Below, piece by piece: positions 47,109-61,190 of a DNA stretch of 64,000 nt. The notes below the pieces were generated by a model, which saw nothing but the letters and a program-made list of their open reading frames with translations, was not told where the DNA came from and did not search any database. How positions within the stretch are numbered: position 1 is the stretch's first letter; each line of letters starts with the position of its first letter. Where the stretch lies: the NCBI GenBank assembly GCA_965649765.1, contig OZ287754.1, positions 33,108,001 through 33,172,000 of the forward strand, given 5' to 3'. The DNA comes from Bispira polyomma (Eukaryota). The translations under genes were made by a program, and so were the position numbers.

Positions 47109-50100
47109 GTAGGTGAATGCACAATACTTATTTACTGACATTATACAAGTATACAGTCTTCTAGTTACAATGTGAACACATCCACTACACAGTCTATGTA
47201 CATGGTCTTCTGGAAACACCACCCACATCTTCTAGATGTAAGAAGTTTTAGGGAAACAAGAAAATACAGTAAACCTTGCACAGCAAACAGATAGTATGCT
47301 AAAATCACTTTGATGATGTATTCACAAGAACACACCAGGTGTATGGTACACCTGGTATGACAGTAATTTGTTACTTCACACAGGTGAACCCCTAAAGGAG
47401 AAACTGAGGTGATATGAAGGTCTCACAAATACTCAATGAGATCTAGGTTTGACACAAAAGTATTTTGACTGTAAAAGCTGCGTGAAATTTGTTGGTTAGT
47501 TATATGTTGAATGGGAAAAGCCACTAAGTAAACTGCATAATATTGACAGATGCTACCGCATACAAGCAATTTCAGATTATTGACTTGACATTTAAATATG
47601 CTGGAGCAACTGTGTGGCATTTAAGGGGAACAAATAAGCCAGCTATAATTAATGGGAAATTTTGTTCCACTGTGTTTAATAAGGCGAAAAAGGGTAGAAT
47701 CTATTCTAACATAAAAGCCTAAGATATATGTAGTTTTGAAACAGTATCAACTAACTTTCCCAAAAATTTTGACATACTGGACCGTACTGATCATACTAAT
47801 GTAATTGTATCAATATCATGACATACAAATTTAGAAATCTTACTTATGAAATAACCAAAAGTATTACTGCTCGAGTGAAAAAATGTATCATATAAATAAA
47901 GTGCAAGTTCTGTACATCTTCTAAATTATATAACTGACAATTTTATCACTTTAGGACAAAATTCAAAATGTGTAAAATAATGAAGCATTTCCATTGATAC
48001 TTTACATACATTCATTAGCTGCTAATGGTGAGTAAAGATTACAATGATTCATTGCAGTGATGTTAAAAAACAAATAACATGCAAGATCAAAACAAATTTG
48101 TCATACTATCCATATTCAGAAGCAGGTGCATTTGATAATAAACACCAGTTCAGTAAATCCCAAGATTAAAGGAGTTGAAGACAATGTCACTTATGACGCA
48201 CAATAAACACATATGTAATTGTAATGCGAGTCATTAAGGGTATTTAGGTTGAGAACTTCGTCATCAGTGGAACATCACATGTCACTGAAACTACTTTAAA
48301 GCATGGATAACAACATATCACACGTGGTCACAGGTGCAGCATCCACTAATTAACTCCTCTGTACAACCTTTGATTTTAATCCGAAAACTTAACAACATGG
48401 AGGTATCTTTATGGGAGTAAAAGATCATAAATTGACGATATTTCAAAACTCATTAACTATTAATATATTTAGCAAATGTTAAGAACACAGTGGGCCTGTT
48501 TTCGTATATTTCACCAGAAAATCTCTATCTTAGCTTGACGTAACCTAATTTTGACCTATGTGTTTCAACTTTGTTTTTTCATTTATGTGGAAATGTTTAG
48601 CATCCTTACTGTACCTATAGGAAGTGATCAGAGTTTTTGTGCTAATTGCAGTTGATTGCTTTTTTACGTCATACGAGGTAACACGTGACTAATGCCAAAT
48701 GAGAATTTGTGCCTTTTATTTAGTAAATTGCTAGTTGGCATGCAGCTCTGTACTGCAAACAATATCCTGTGGCTGATATGGCTGATATGTGCTGCATATC
48801 TGTTGATTTTTTTACCAAATGTTGACGTTGTTATAGTGTGTGCTTGTTTTCTAATGTTTAGTCAGTATATGGTAGTTTGACTGACTAATTATATCAATCA
48901 AATTTAAAATTGCACAAAAATAAAAAATCACACACTCAGCATCAGTACCCATTGTAACATCATAGTATTGTATAATAATATGCGGGATAATATTATTATT
49001 ATTATATATAACTATTTTCTTAACTATTTTGTTGGGTCTTCTCTCCTTAACTGTGACACAATACTCACTGGACAAGCAGCTTGGGGGAAGCCCTTTTCTA
49101 GTGCAGTACATTTTTAAATAATGCCTCAGTGTTCGGTTAAGCCAAAATGACCCAATAAAGAAAAAATCATGTTTCTTGTCTTTAGCATTGACTAGATGGA
49201 ATGCTTCCATAATGTTTAGCTACAAGACTTAGTTTTTTTTAATCCAATAGGCAAGTCTACCTCTACATATAGTGATATAGGTTTGGGTGCAGAGTACAAA
49301 GTGAAGGTTTCATATTTTAACCTACAGTGTTAGACTACGCTTCCTTTCAGATCCAAACGTTGATCAACATTCAAGCTGTTCGGATGTCGATCGATGTAGT
49401 GCTTTCTTTCATCCGATATGTTATAAATATTGGTCGCATGTTGATGGTCAAATAGTGTAAAAAAGCTTGTTTTATTACACTTACTATGCTTTTTGCATCA
49501 AAATCCGTTGAGAAACGGCTTAGATATTTAAGGTTATAGACAGGTACCCTCTTTACTTTCTGGAAATCATAACATAAGGTATAATAATATGAAGACTGAA
49601 TTTCTCCATTTTTGTTAAACAGTCCGACCTCCCGATTTTTTAGCTCCCAGACCGATAACATCTGAAGGTACAACAGATGTCTGACGACTTGTCGGACCTG
49701 ACGAAAATCTAATAAAAGGAAGTACTTTATAACATCAAATAGTAATCCATAAATTCGGCCAACATCGGCAGACATTGGCTGGCAAAATAAGCTGAAAGGA
49801 CGTGTAGGCTTACTTTACAACATAGCCTGTGCATTCATTACAAATACTATGGGATAATTTGATTAATAGGCCACTTTTCAGACTTCTGTTAATCTACCTG
49901 CATATCTGGCTAGCAGGGTATACTGGTATCTCTATAATAAATTGCAAATCTGCTTTAAAACTCCTCGTTATATAAATCCTTGTTATTAGCCAGTGGTGTC
50001 GATAATCATGAGCAATATCCTAATTATATCAATTAAAAATTTACTATTAACAAACATGTTATATACATTTACATGGGTGCAGTAATGTATTTTTAAGTTT

Positions 50101-50841
50101 ACAGTACATGTTTAGGATGTAATTTATTTAGTCAAACATACAGCCTATAAAAAGACCTCTACTATCTCAAATGAAGACTACAAACTTTTTTCCTCTCACT
50201 TCATAAACAAATATGTCTATTTAAACTTTGTTATTCTAAGATATAACAATTTTGTCATAAGAAGCATGTGTACTTTCTGATACAATAATGTGGTTTAGTG
50301 CCATTTCATAATTAATTAAACTTCTGTGGAGTTGAATTAAATATGATATTCAAGATTTTTGTACTGTTCAAACTTTTACACCTGTCTCAGCCAGTTTCAT
50401 TGTATATTAAAATACAAAAGGTCGGAGTCATTCCGGTACAACAGCATTTACTTTGGGTTACTAAACCTTTGTCAATTATAGCCAAATGTTACAACAGTTT
50501 TACATACACACAAACTCAGGATCAAAGTATGTATGTCAATCTAGTGATATTCTGCCATATCTTGGATGTGTTGGAACCTTGAATATGCAGTCACACTTGT
50601 ATATAAAGACCTCTTCTCTAAATACCGCTTGTTGATGCTTACTTTACTTTCACCTCTAGGCAAATATAGACATCGAATTCACACAAATGCTAATACGATT
50701 ATTTGATTTATTCCTATGTAATGTAAGTGTAATAGTTCAGCTGCATTTCTGGGGTTTATCATACAAACATCATGGTTAATCATGCTGTAATCCGGACTGT
50801 AATCCAGACTTTTTTAATGACCAGATTACTGTATTTTGTAG

Positions 50842-51002
50842 CCTTTGTGACGGCGGCCCAGTTAGGCTGTGTAGATATGGTACGGATGTTACTAGAGCTT
50901 GGGGTACCGGTCAATGTACCAGATGTGAGCGGGTGGACAGCACTACATGCTGCCAGTGAGGCGGGACATACAGAAGTGGTAGAGCTCCTACTGAGTCACG
51001 GG
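50842..51002 (+). CDS. Ankyrin-repeat protein exon 2
   Basis: GWTALHAASEAGHTEVVELLLSHG; ttgtag / gtaagt. Confidence 0.92.
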
Positions 51003-51536
51003 GTAAGTAAAAGCCTGCTAAACCTGATCATTGTGAAATTCACTACCTCACTACACTGATTATCATGTACCTGTATATTATCTGAGACCGTTTATCAAGT
51101 AAATTCTTATTTTTAGTAAATAACAAACCAACATTTTCCTCTATTTTCTTTATAAAAAAACAGTTAGCTTCCTTACTGTAATACCAGCACAGTCCTGGTT
51201 TTCACAAATTGATTAGGTTGCCATAAAGTGTGACTGACATATCACAAAAATTTTTGTTATTAATTAGAAGTCATATATAATCACAAGACTTTTTATCTAT
51301 TTTAATAGAGTTTAACTTTATTTTGCCCGTCAGGTTTTATTATCAGTCACAAAGAACCAGGTTGTCATAAATTTGTAAATGGTAAAATGTCAATTTTCCT
51401 AGTCACAGTGATCAAGGCTTCTACCATAAACATTTTATTTATACAATCAGCAATACAAGTAACTTTTGCCTTATGTGTAACAAGCTTAAACAATTCACGA
51501 CTGAAGAGTCAATCAATGAAGTGTCTGGTTTTACAG

Positions 51537-51707
51537 GCAGATCCTAATGTTCGGACTGAGATTGGGGTGACCCCACTTCACACAGCAGTACAACATCGCC
51601 ACGCATGTGTAGTACAGTCTCTACTCAAGTATGGAGCAATGGTGAATGCCAAAAATAGAAACGGGGCAACACCTCTCTTTCATGCAGTGGAAGGTGGAAT
51701 GAATGAG
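51537..51707 (+). CDS. Ankyrin-repeat protein exon 3
   Basis: ADPN...GVTPLHTA...GATPLFHA; ttacag / gtgagt. Confidence 0.92.
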
Positions 51708-53995
51708 GTGAGTAGCAATAACTCTAACAGCTTTGACCTTGTGTAGCCTACTGAGGAAATGGTATAGTTGGAATACAATGGTATTGTGTATAGACAGTAG
51801 AACCTCTATCATTTCAATGCCTTGGGAAGCAAGGCTTGTTCAGCTGATAAAAGGTTCATAAAATAGTGGAGGTGTCTTCAAAAATTAAAAAGTGAGTTCA
51901 AAAATTCACTATTCATTCAACAAAACTGTAGATAATCAGTATTATATTAATGTATATTTATTCATACGCCTTCTCAGGACAAACTCAGGCTTGCTGTTCT
52001 AAGAAATTTTTACTTGTCAATTTTAGTTAAATTCTTTTTTAGACACGTATCTTTATTCTTTTAGCTTGTCAAATTTAAATTTTGAGAACCAAAGTTATCT
52101 TTTAAAAAAGTATAATGTAAAACAGGAAATGTTAAAGAAACATTTCAGTGCTACTGATAATGACTAACAATTGCCATATGTTTTAAAGTATACAAAACAT
52201 TGGTTAATAGTGAACGTTGTTTTAATCCAGCTAAAACAGCCACCTGTACAGACTACTTTAGATTTGGTTAACTTGCTAACGAGAGACACCATTGATTAAT
52301 ATGAAGCGGTGAAGTTGTTTATCATTTTAAGACACGTTCTATATGTATATCATTACATGGTAATGTGGGTTGTATTCGGGTATCAAAATACTAGATAGTT
52401 CAATTTGTCATATAATAGAAGCAAAAACATTGACCAGATAAAAACGACAAAACAATAGCTCACAAGACATGTGTCATTTTTATTCTAAACATTTAGTATA
52501 TTGATGGGATAAAGGTTTTAACAGATCAGATTGAATGGTAATGTAATGTCAAACCAAAAACAAAGACATCTCTTTTTTTAGCTATGAATAATAAATGTAG
52601 TGTACACAAATTGTTTCAGGTAAAAAGCAGGTTATCAAGTTTACACCCTAAATGTAATTCTAACAAGCCCTATTTGTTTACAGGTAGATTGTATCGGGAA
52701 GTTAAAATAATATGATTCATTTCTTATATGTTTCACTAAGAAAAAAAAAAACACCTAAAAATTTACTAGTGTGCAAATGTAAAGCCTATTTTTAGGGTTT
52801 AAATTTGTCCATCCATTACCATTAAAAGTTGACGATTTTAGGTTGCTTTTACAGGAACTTGTATATACGTCTAACATTAGTAAAATGTAAGCTAGTATAG
52901 TCACATAGTATTAGTATGTGTGTTAAACAAGATTAGGGATACCCTTATAGATATGTACATGGCCTTAACTTAGTCCACAAAATACACTGGCATGTCGCAT
53001 GTTTAATGAACGGAACAATATTCATGTATATGGTTTACACATGTTTAAAGTCTAAAGTTTTCTAGGCACACAGCAGAGCTGTAAACACATTTGGTCACAC
53101 TGGGCTTACGTTTTGATTACGCACAAAAAAATGGCAAAAAAATAGCACATGTAAAGTGAAACATAAGCAATTGCATAGTCGACATAGTGTGCTTAAGTAA
53201 ATGTAAGCATGTGTGAGTAAGATGTAAATGAAGCTAATGTAATTTATTTAAAACAAGGAGAAAGAGATCGAAATGTTTTTAGAAATATGGCTAACATATT
53301 TTAAAACGTGGCTAACGGTACAAACATAATTGAACAGCTATTAAAACGTGTTGAATGTGTGTACAAACGTTTACAGAACGTGTACAAAATGGCCCATACA
53401 TTTCCCAAATTTCACTTCGTTTATTTCCATTTGCTTACTTTTAAACGAAGCTAACGTGCAACCACATAAAACTGAACTGTAACTTAAAACACTTGTGCGA
53501 CATTATATTGGGTTAATTCCCTTGGACATAACAGATTGAGATATGTGATCCAGTTATATAACCTGTGCCACTGACTGTCCATGTGATAACCCTAATCTTA
53601 ACACCAAGCTCTATGTGCTTAGTTTACACTTTCTTGTGAGATTTTCAAAATTACCAAGTAGTGAAGCCATATCAACAGGGAATTGTTTTACAAAAGGCTT
53701 AAGTTCTAACAAGAGATTGCGTGTGTAATAAAGTGACCATATTTAGCCTTGATTAAAGCAGGTATCATAAAGTTCACTGTGTGATATATATACTCGATAC
53801 TGATACTAATTTAGATGACAGTTACGAGTATATTGTCACAACATTTGACACCTTATTTTCGCAACTTTTGACAATAAAAGGATAACATCTTATTATGGGC
53901 ATTGCAATTTACTAGTTTAATTTTGAAGCAATTCCAGTCATTTATGTGAGATACTCTATAATATTGATTTAATGGTTTATATTTTAAATGTACAG

Positions 53996-54119
53996 ATGAC
54001 ATCTTTCCTATTGCGTAATGGTGCCAGTGTGATCGAGAAGAAGTCAGGAGGCTGGAGTGTGTTACACAAAGCATGTGAGACAGGCCGAGTGGATGTAGTG
54101 AAGACACTGCTGGCTTTTG
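53996..54119 (+). CDS. Ankyrin-repeat protein exon 4 (MTSFLLRNGASVIEKKSGGWSVLHKACETGRVDVVKTLLAF)
   Basis: ANK consensus; gtacag / gtaggt; phases 0 and 1 fit the neighbours. Not in the ORF track. Confidence 0.9.
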
Positions 54120-54605
54120 GTAGGTAGTTAGTGGCTTACACTATAAAGCTCTCATGTACTAATACCTTACACATTGTAAATGTAGTGAAGACACTGCTGG
54201 CTTTTGGTAGGTAGTTAGTGGCTTACACTATAAAAGTCTCATGTACTAATACCTTACACATTGTAGATGTAGTGAAGACACTGCTGGCTTTTGGTAGGTA
54301 GTTAGTGGCTTACACTATAAAAGTCTCATGTACTAATACCTTACACATTGTAGATGTAGTGAAGACACTGCTGGCTTTTGGTAGGTAGTTAGTGGCTTAC
54401 ACTATAAAAGTCTCATGTACTAATACCTTACACATTGTAGATGTAGTGAAGACACTGCTGGCTTTTGGTAGGTAGTTAGTGGCTTACACTATAAAACTCT
54501 CATGTACTAATACCTTACATATTGTAGATGTAGTCAAGACACTGCTGGCTTTTGGTAGGTAGTTAGTGGCTTTCACTTTAAAACTCTCATATACTAATAC
54601 CTCAA
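54092..54605 (+). repeat. 87-bp tandem repeat, 6 copies, spanning the exon 4 donor
   Basis: gtagtgaag anchor at 54095, 54182, 54269, 54356, 54443 and 54530 (last copy gtagtcaag). Confidence 0.97.
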
Positions 54606-54958
54606 ATACACGTTTAGAAAGAACATAACACATGTACAATGCAATTATTCATTTAAGTCAACAGTAAATACATCATTGCACACTCAGTGATAACAACATA
54701 AATTATATCACCACTGTATTTTAAAAGAGTAGATTTAATCGTTGAGCTATGGTGTACGTAATATCCTCATGTATAATGAGGACTATCTGTGGTTTTTTTT
54801 ATATGTTTTTGACTTTTGGGAAAATAAATGCTGATTTTGGTATAATTCGTTTTTTAACTTTATGGCTTCAATGGTAGTTCAATTCTACATACTGGTATGT
54901 TCTATACGTACGGTGTGTTCTATACAGACATCATTAAACATGTGTGATTATGTTGTAG

Positions 54959-55773
54959 GAGCCAATGTTCATGACCTCCAGGATGAGGGAGTCTCCAGCC
55001 TATACTCGGCCTGTCACTTTGGTCATGCAGATGTCGCTCATGTCTTACTATCCCGTGGGGCGGAAATCAATACTGGAAACAAAGATGGCTTGACGCCACT
55101 GCACTTAGCCAGCGCTGACAGCAATATCAAATTGATGAAAGTCTTGATTGATAACAGAGCAGATGTAAATAGAAGAACCAAGAATGGTGAGACAGCCTTA
55201 ATGTCTGCTATCAACACCAACCAGGTGGATGCCATTAAATATCTTCTTAGATCTGGAGCTTACAAACATTCTACCAAAGAGGACTACGGATGGGGTCCAC
55301 TAAATCTCGCTTGTAGCTATGGCAATGTAGCCACAGTGAAGGCACTCCTTGATGAAGGGTGTGATATCAATGAACTACTCAGCAGTGGCTCACCTCTACA
55401 CGTGGCTGCAGGTTCAGGTCATGTAGAGGTAGTCAAGTTCTTACTGCAGTGTGGTGCAGGACTTGACACCCAAGATGAATATGGATGTTCACCACTACAT
55501 TACGCCTCTCAGCATGGTCATTCGTACGTTGTGGAGGCTTTAGTGCATGTGGGGGCAAACATCAATCTACAGCAAAATGAGGGGGCCACTAGCCTCTATC
55601 TGGCAGTGTACTTTGAGAAATGTGAGGTGGTATCGATGTTATTAACATTTGGGGCAGATATAAGGCTTTCCGACAAATCAGGGTGTTCACCTATTCAAAT
55701 TGCTCATCAAAAACAGAACTGGTATATTCTGCAGTTGTTGCAGAATGCCAAGAATATGTTCACTGTGGTATAG
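54959..55773 (+). CDS. Ankyrin-repeat protein terminal exon (8 repeats); joined CDS 1467 nt = 488 aa, about 13 ANK repeats
   Basis: Repeated G.TPLH.A...G...VV..LL..GA motifs; acceptor ttgtag at 54958; stop TAG. Confidence 0.93.
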
Positions 55774-55800
55774 TGGTAATTCTAGATACATTTGTAATAA

Positions 55801-55990
55801 ATCGTACAACCTCTATTATCCAAACACAGTGGTACTGTGATGACTTATTACGGTAAAAAAATAACTTTGTTGATGACATAGAATAGCTATTTTTGTATAA
55901 AACAATAACGTGTTATAAAATTATGAGAGTAAAATCCAATTCATCAAATATTTGAATAATAGCAGTTTAGATAATAGAGTTTCTACTGTA
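55801..55990. mobile_element. Tc1/mariner-type MITE remnant just after the ankyrin stop codon
   Basis: aacctctattatccaaac / gtttagataatagagtttctactgta inverted ends. Confidence 0.6.
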
Positions 55991-58324
55991 AAAGATTCAT
56001 TTCACTAGGATTAGATAGTTTTTGTTACAATAATACTATAAAAGTGCTTATATAAATTGTGTTTTAAGTAAAACAATTGTAAAATGATGGATTTTTTTAT
56101 TACTATTAAAAGCAGAATATTAAGGTGCTGCTTTATTTTTCTCACTGAAAGTCGTTTGAGTCTACTTTCCTTGTTCCACCATCTTGGTATCCTTTATTCC
56201 TCAAGATAATATACAGGTACAACTTGTGCAAGGCCAGACTTTTTGTTCACAGGTGACATTCGCTCATTATAATAAAATAAAAAAATTAAATTTAAATAAC
56301 AATATTCTTGCAATGTCAGTTGTTAGTTGTTTCAGTGTGATATCAGTGCTTTGTTAAATTGTATTTAATACAATAGTATTTAACACAATTCAGAGATAAT
56401 CTTTGTTAAAAGATAAGCTAAATATATATTCTTGTAAGAAAACTCCTATATTCTAAACATTTACAAACCCAATCATTCAAAGTATTTGGAGTGATTTTAC
56501 TATTTCCAGCTTTCTGGTTACAGAGTATTTAAGGTGAAAACGAAAATAATGGATGGGGTTGCAACTAAAATTCATAAAAGTAGTAAACAATTATAACTTT
56601 GGTGAATATTCACAGATATTAAAGGGGAATGGCTACTGAATAATTTCAAATGCATTCCGAAAGCTAATTTACCAAGATAAATCGCCAGTAGCTATTTGTT
56701 TGAGGGCCTCTCTGTAATGTTCGGCCATCTTGGATTTAACAGGAAATAACACGAATAGTGGTCTGACTCCAAGTAGCTGATTTTCCAAAGGAATTCTAAG
56801 CTTGTTTGTCCCCACTCATAAATTTATGTCAACTCCGGCAATACATTGAGTCAAAGGTTCAGCTGAGTTACGAACATCCATGGAAACATTTTTGAACTAG
56901 TCTTAGCTCCAAATGACTCAAAAAGGTGCCATCTTTGTCTAAATCATACCATCGAAAATCACTCTAGTAATTGTATAGGGGATATAATATCATCTACCAT
57001 CTAAAATCACTCTAGTAATTGTATAAGGGATATAATATCATCTAAAACGATAATAACATAATATTCACATAATTAGGCCCACAAAAGAGCATGTAATTAA
57101 ATGCCAAGGTACATAAAAAGATACATTATTGCACTTTACAGCACGTTAAGAGCAGGTTAAAGCATGTTCTGCTTTATGTAGCTTCTTCAACGGCTTTAAC
57201 ATTAGCTTGGGTCAATTTGCATCTTATAAGTGGCTTGACAGCATTACTACATAAACTATTGCACAGTCACGCACAGTTACATATCATTATGTGAGAATTA
57301 GTCAACTCTCACAAAAGTGACGCAAATATTGATGCTAAACCAGGCTACATTCTGGCATCATTTGCGTGTCTAAACAGTTTTAAATTTGCATAACATCTCC
57401 CGCATCAAGTTATGTACTTTTACATCTAATATGTTAACCCTGCAAGCTCCATGCAAAACGTACGTAATTTTTTTAAACAGCATCCAGCATGATGGCCGGT
57501 GAGACCAGGGCTCAACTCAATGATTGAATACTTACTATGATAATGTGAGGATTCCCCTGCAAGGTTGTGAAGATTTGTATGAAAAATATATTATTAATCT
57601 GAATCGGTTTTTTAAATAGAAGAAATATGACCAGTCATTAATAGGAGCATCTATTTTCTCAGTATACAGAGAATCTGTTCCATCGTGCAGAGCCGTTAGG
57701 TTTTTTTGCAAAATATCCTTATTTAGCGTACAAACTACAGAACAAGATGGGTGTGCAACACTGGCCGCATACATTGTTTGCTTTTGAGCAGTATCTCACT
57801 CACATGTATTGTCAACCTTCCTATTAACGATCACCGGAAATGAAAATATAAGAAGGCAAAGCTTACGTGATCGATAATTAGAAGTATGAGGATACTAGTT
57901 ATTTTCGTCAATTGTATTTACTAGTTACAGTCAACGTAAATCATATCCGTGGGCGATAAACAAAAAACCTACCGAAATATTCTGTCCCTGGGTTAAAATT
58001 CACAATCCGAACACAAATATGCTTTTCTATTATTATGTGTACACTTTACTTCATTTAAGCCATTGTTTGTGTTATATTTCTTACTTTATAGATATACCAC
58101 CATTTTGTGAAAACGGAAATAATGCTATGTCATAAAATTCAGAGCAATCTTCCTGCCCTCAGGAATAGACATATATTTACAGCGAGTTAGCCTTTTTTTG
58201 GAAAAGCTTAAGAATTGATCACTTTACGTTGTTATTCACAAACATTTGAAATTTTTTTTTCCAAATAATGGATTAACTTTAAACAGTCAACTTATTGGGT
58301 TAAATCTGGATAAGCATGGATCAA

Positions 58325-59480
58325 ATATGGCTGACAGGATATGTTAAAAAGAAGAAGAATACAAAAAAAAACAGATCAAATATTTATATTTTCAGATCAA
58401 GTGATTCCTTGCTTTGTTAATACCAATTACTTGTTTCTCAACTTTGATCTGATCTTAATCTTGGTTTTTGAATACAGCACTTAGAAGGGAGTTAGCCACA
58501 GTAATGGCGGTACCCACCACCAGATCCCTTGGCAATTGTACAGTCACCGACCCATGGCTGAGAGGAGATGTTTGAGCGAAGAAGTAGAAAACAAAAACAT
58601 ATCAAATATTTATTATTTTCATATCAATTAATTCCTTGCTTTGTGAATAATAATTTATTTGAAGGATAACTTGATCTGATCTTGATCCTTCTTTGTGAAT
58701 ACTGCCCTAAGGTTCTTGACGTTATCAGAGGGCTGTATATCATTATGGAATAATAATCTGAAGTATTAACCGAAGTTCTCTGTATCAACATTATATACTT
58801 TTTGATAAAGAAACAATTAAATTTTAGGTTCTGAAGTTCTGTATGACCATAAATTTGTTTTTGAATCTAGAATGCAGCTTTATTGGAGGAAGTTGGTGTT
58901 TATGTGCTAGATATTCAGGCCTCAGGGCAAGACAGTCTCAAAATTACGTGCGTGTGAGCAATTTGTCCATACAAATTATTTCAGACCTCGGTGAGAGCCT
59001 TATATTAAGGATTGCAGAGTAAAACTTTCATCTTGGCTGACAGGAAATGTTTGACGGAAGAAGAATACGAAAAAAAAAAAAAAAAAAAGAATAACTATTT
59101 CATATTTTTAGATCAAGTGATTCCTTGCTTTGTCAATACTGATTACTTATAACTTTTTTCTCAACTTTGATCTGATCTCGATCCTTATTTTTGAATACTG
59201 CTCTTTGAGGGGAGTTAGCCACAGTGATGGCAGTATCCACCACCAGATCCCTTGGCGATTTTACAATCACCTCCCAGTCGCCTCCCCATGTCTGAGAGGA
59301 GATGTTTGAGGAAAGAAGTACATTACAAAAAGAGATCAAATATTTAAGTGATACCTTGCTTTGTGAATACAGATTTGATCCATGGATCACTTAAAAAAAT
59401 CCTCAACTTCAATTTGATCTTGATCCTTGTTTGTGAATACCGTCCCAAGGTTCTGACAATATCAGAGAGCTGTATATCAT
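58325..59480. repeat. Diverged about 420-bp duplication with an internal sub-repeat (about 58325-58745 and 59030-59480)
   Basis: Shared gatcaagtgattccttgctttg...gggagttagccacagt...ccaccaccagatcccttggc...gagaggagatgtttgag blocks. Confidence 0.8.
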
Positions 59481-60789
59481 TGCCCAGTACACCCTTCATG
59501 GATGAGTTAGACGATAAATGAGTTAGACGATAATACCGCCGACATCACAAGTGGGGCAAAATAAAGTAAAATAACATACCTTATGTTTGTATAAACATTA
59601 GAAACTGTAAAACATAGTGGATTTTATATCCTGACATGTATATTTTCTCAAATTAAGCATTAATTCTATAATAGAATAGAATAATAAAAATAAAAGATTT
59701 CCTGGACGTACATATACATCTTGTTGAATGTGACGTCATATTCATCATTAAGTTTTGTATCAAAAAATATTAAACATAAATCCCAAAAATCATCTTCTGT
59801 CCAAATAAAAGTTATTTTTTATTACTTATATTTATTTAAAGTATGAATTACTTAATATATCAATAAAAAATAAACAAAACGATTTCATGTCTTTGTTTAC
59901 ATTTAAAAGGAAATGGCCGTATCTTGGTTGTCAATGGCAACCATCGAGAACAGGGTACATACTATACCTCGGAAAATCACTCGGAATCGGAACGGACTTG
60001 AAAAAACGCTCTGTGGGAAAAAGCGCCCTAGAGAGGGGCTATTATGGTGTATGTGGCTAGAAATCACAATTTTTTTTTGCATGAATAGACAGCTAATGTT
60101 TGTAATCTATCCCTAAAAATCAAAACTCCCCAGCATTAGCTAGATTTGTGTTAAAAATTATGAAGCATATAAGTAGTGATTTTAACATATTAATTTTATT
60201 TTAGAGATATTTTTAATAATGTTGGTATAATATATCTTAGGAAGGCAAATTACATCAATACCTATTTATCCTGGTTCGGAATGGACCTGGAAAAAACGCC
60301 TTGGGGAAAAACTCCCTAAAAATTTTAATTGTTTATAGAGCTGTATCTACATGAATATTCCACCTAAAATTTTTGTTTCAGTATCACCAGAAACCTCTTA
60401 TTATGCACCTCTTATTATACCATTGGAAATGATCAAATGATTAAATAGGTATTATTAATTAAATTTGGACTTTCTTAAATGCACTTATGATGAAACTGTT
60501 TGCTTTGCAAGTTGTATCCATCATATTAAATAGATTTTAGATATTTGTTCACAGTTATAATATGAAAGTATATATTGTATTTTATGTTCTGGTCATCAGT
60601 TTTCTTTCTGTCCTTCTGTAAAAAATATCAATATATAGAATTATCTAACTCTTAGGAGATGGAATCAGAACTTTTATACCACTTGAAAATATTAAAATAA
60701 TCTAACTTTTATAGCGATTAATCTCTTCTACTTGATTCAAATAGTATAATCAGTCTTGTCTGGGTTTAAATTAAAGCTTGTTAGCAAAC

Positions 60790-61190
60790 ATCCATTTTCA
60801 AACATCACTGAGACAACTTTTCAGATTGTCGAGAACAGTTGTAGCATTTTAATATGAAAGATGAGCATACAGCTGTGTGTCATCAACATAAAAGTGGTCC
60901 CTGATATAGCTATGTTTGCTGGTGATATGGCTGAGCGGAGTAGTGTGGACAGAATGGGTCAAGAACTGACCCTTGTGGAACACCAAACTGAAGCTTTAAC
61001 AAATCTGACAGAGTGGAGCCTATTTTGACTGACTGAAATCAATCTGAGAGATATGAAGTGAACTATTCTAGAACTGTACCATGAAAGTTGAACCAGGACG
61101 ACAAGTATTCAAGCAATATAGCATGATCAATAGTGTCAAAAGCTGCCGATAGGTCATGGAGGACGAGTGCTGTTATTTCACCTCTTTAAA
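60790..61190 (-). mobile_element. L2/CR1-like LINE RT fragment
   Basis: Minus strand DLSAAFDTIDH, FGVPQGSV, HFYVDDTQL. Confidence 0.88.
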
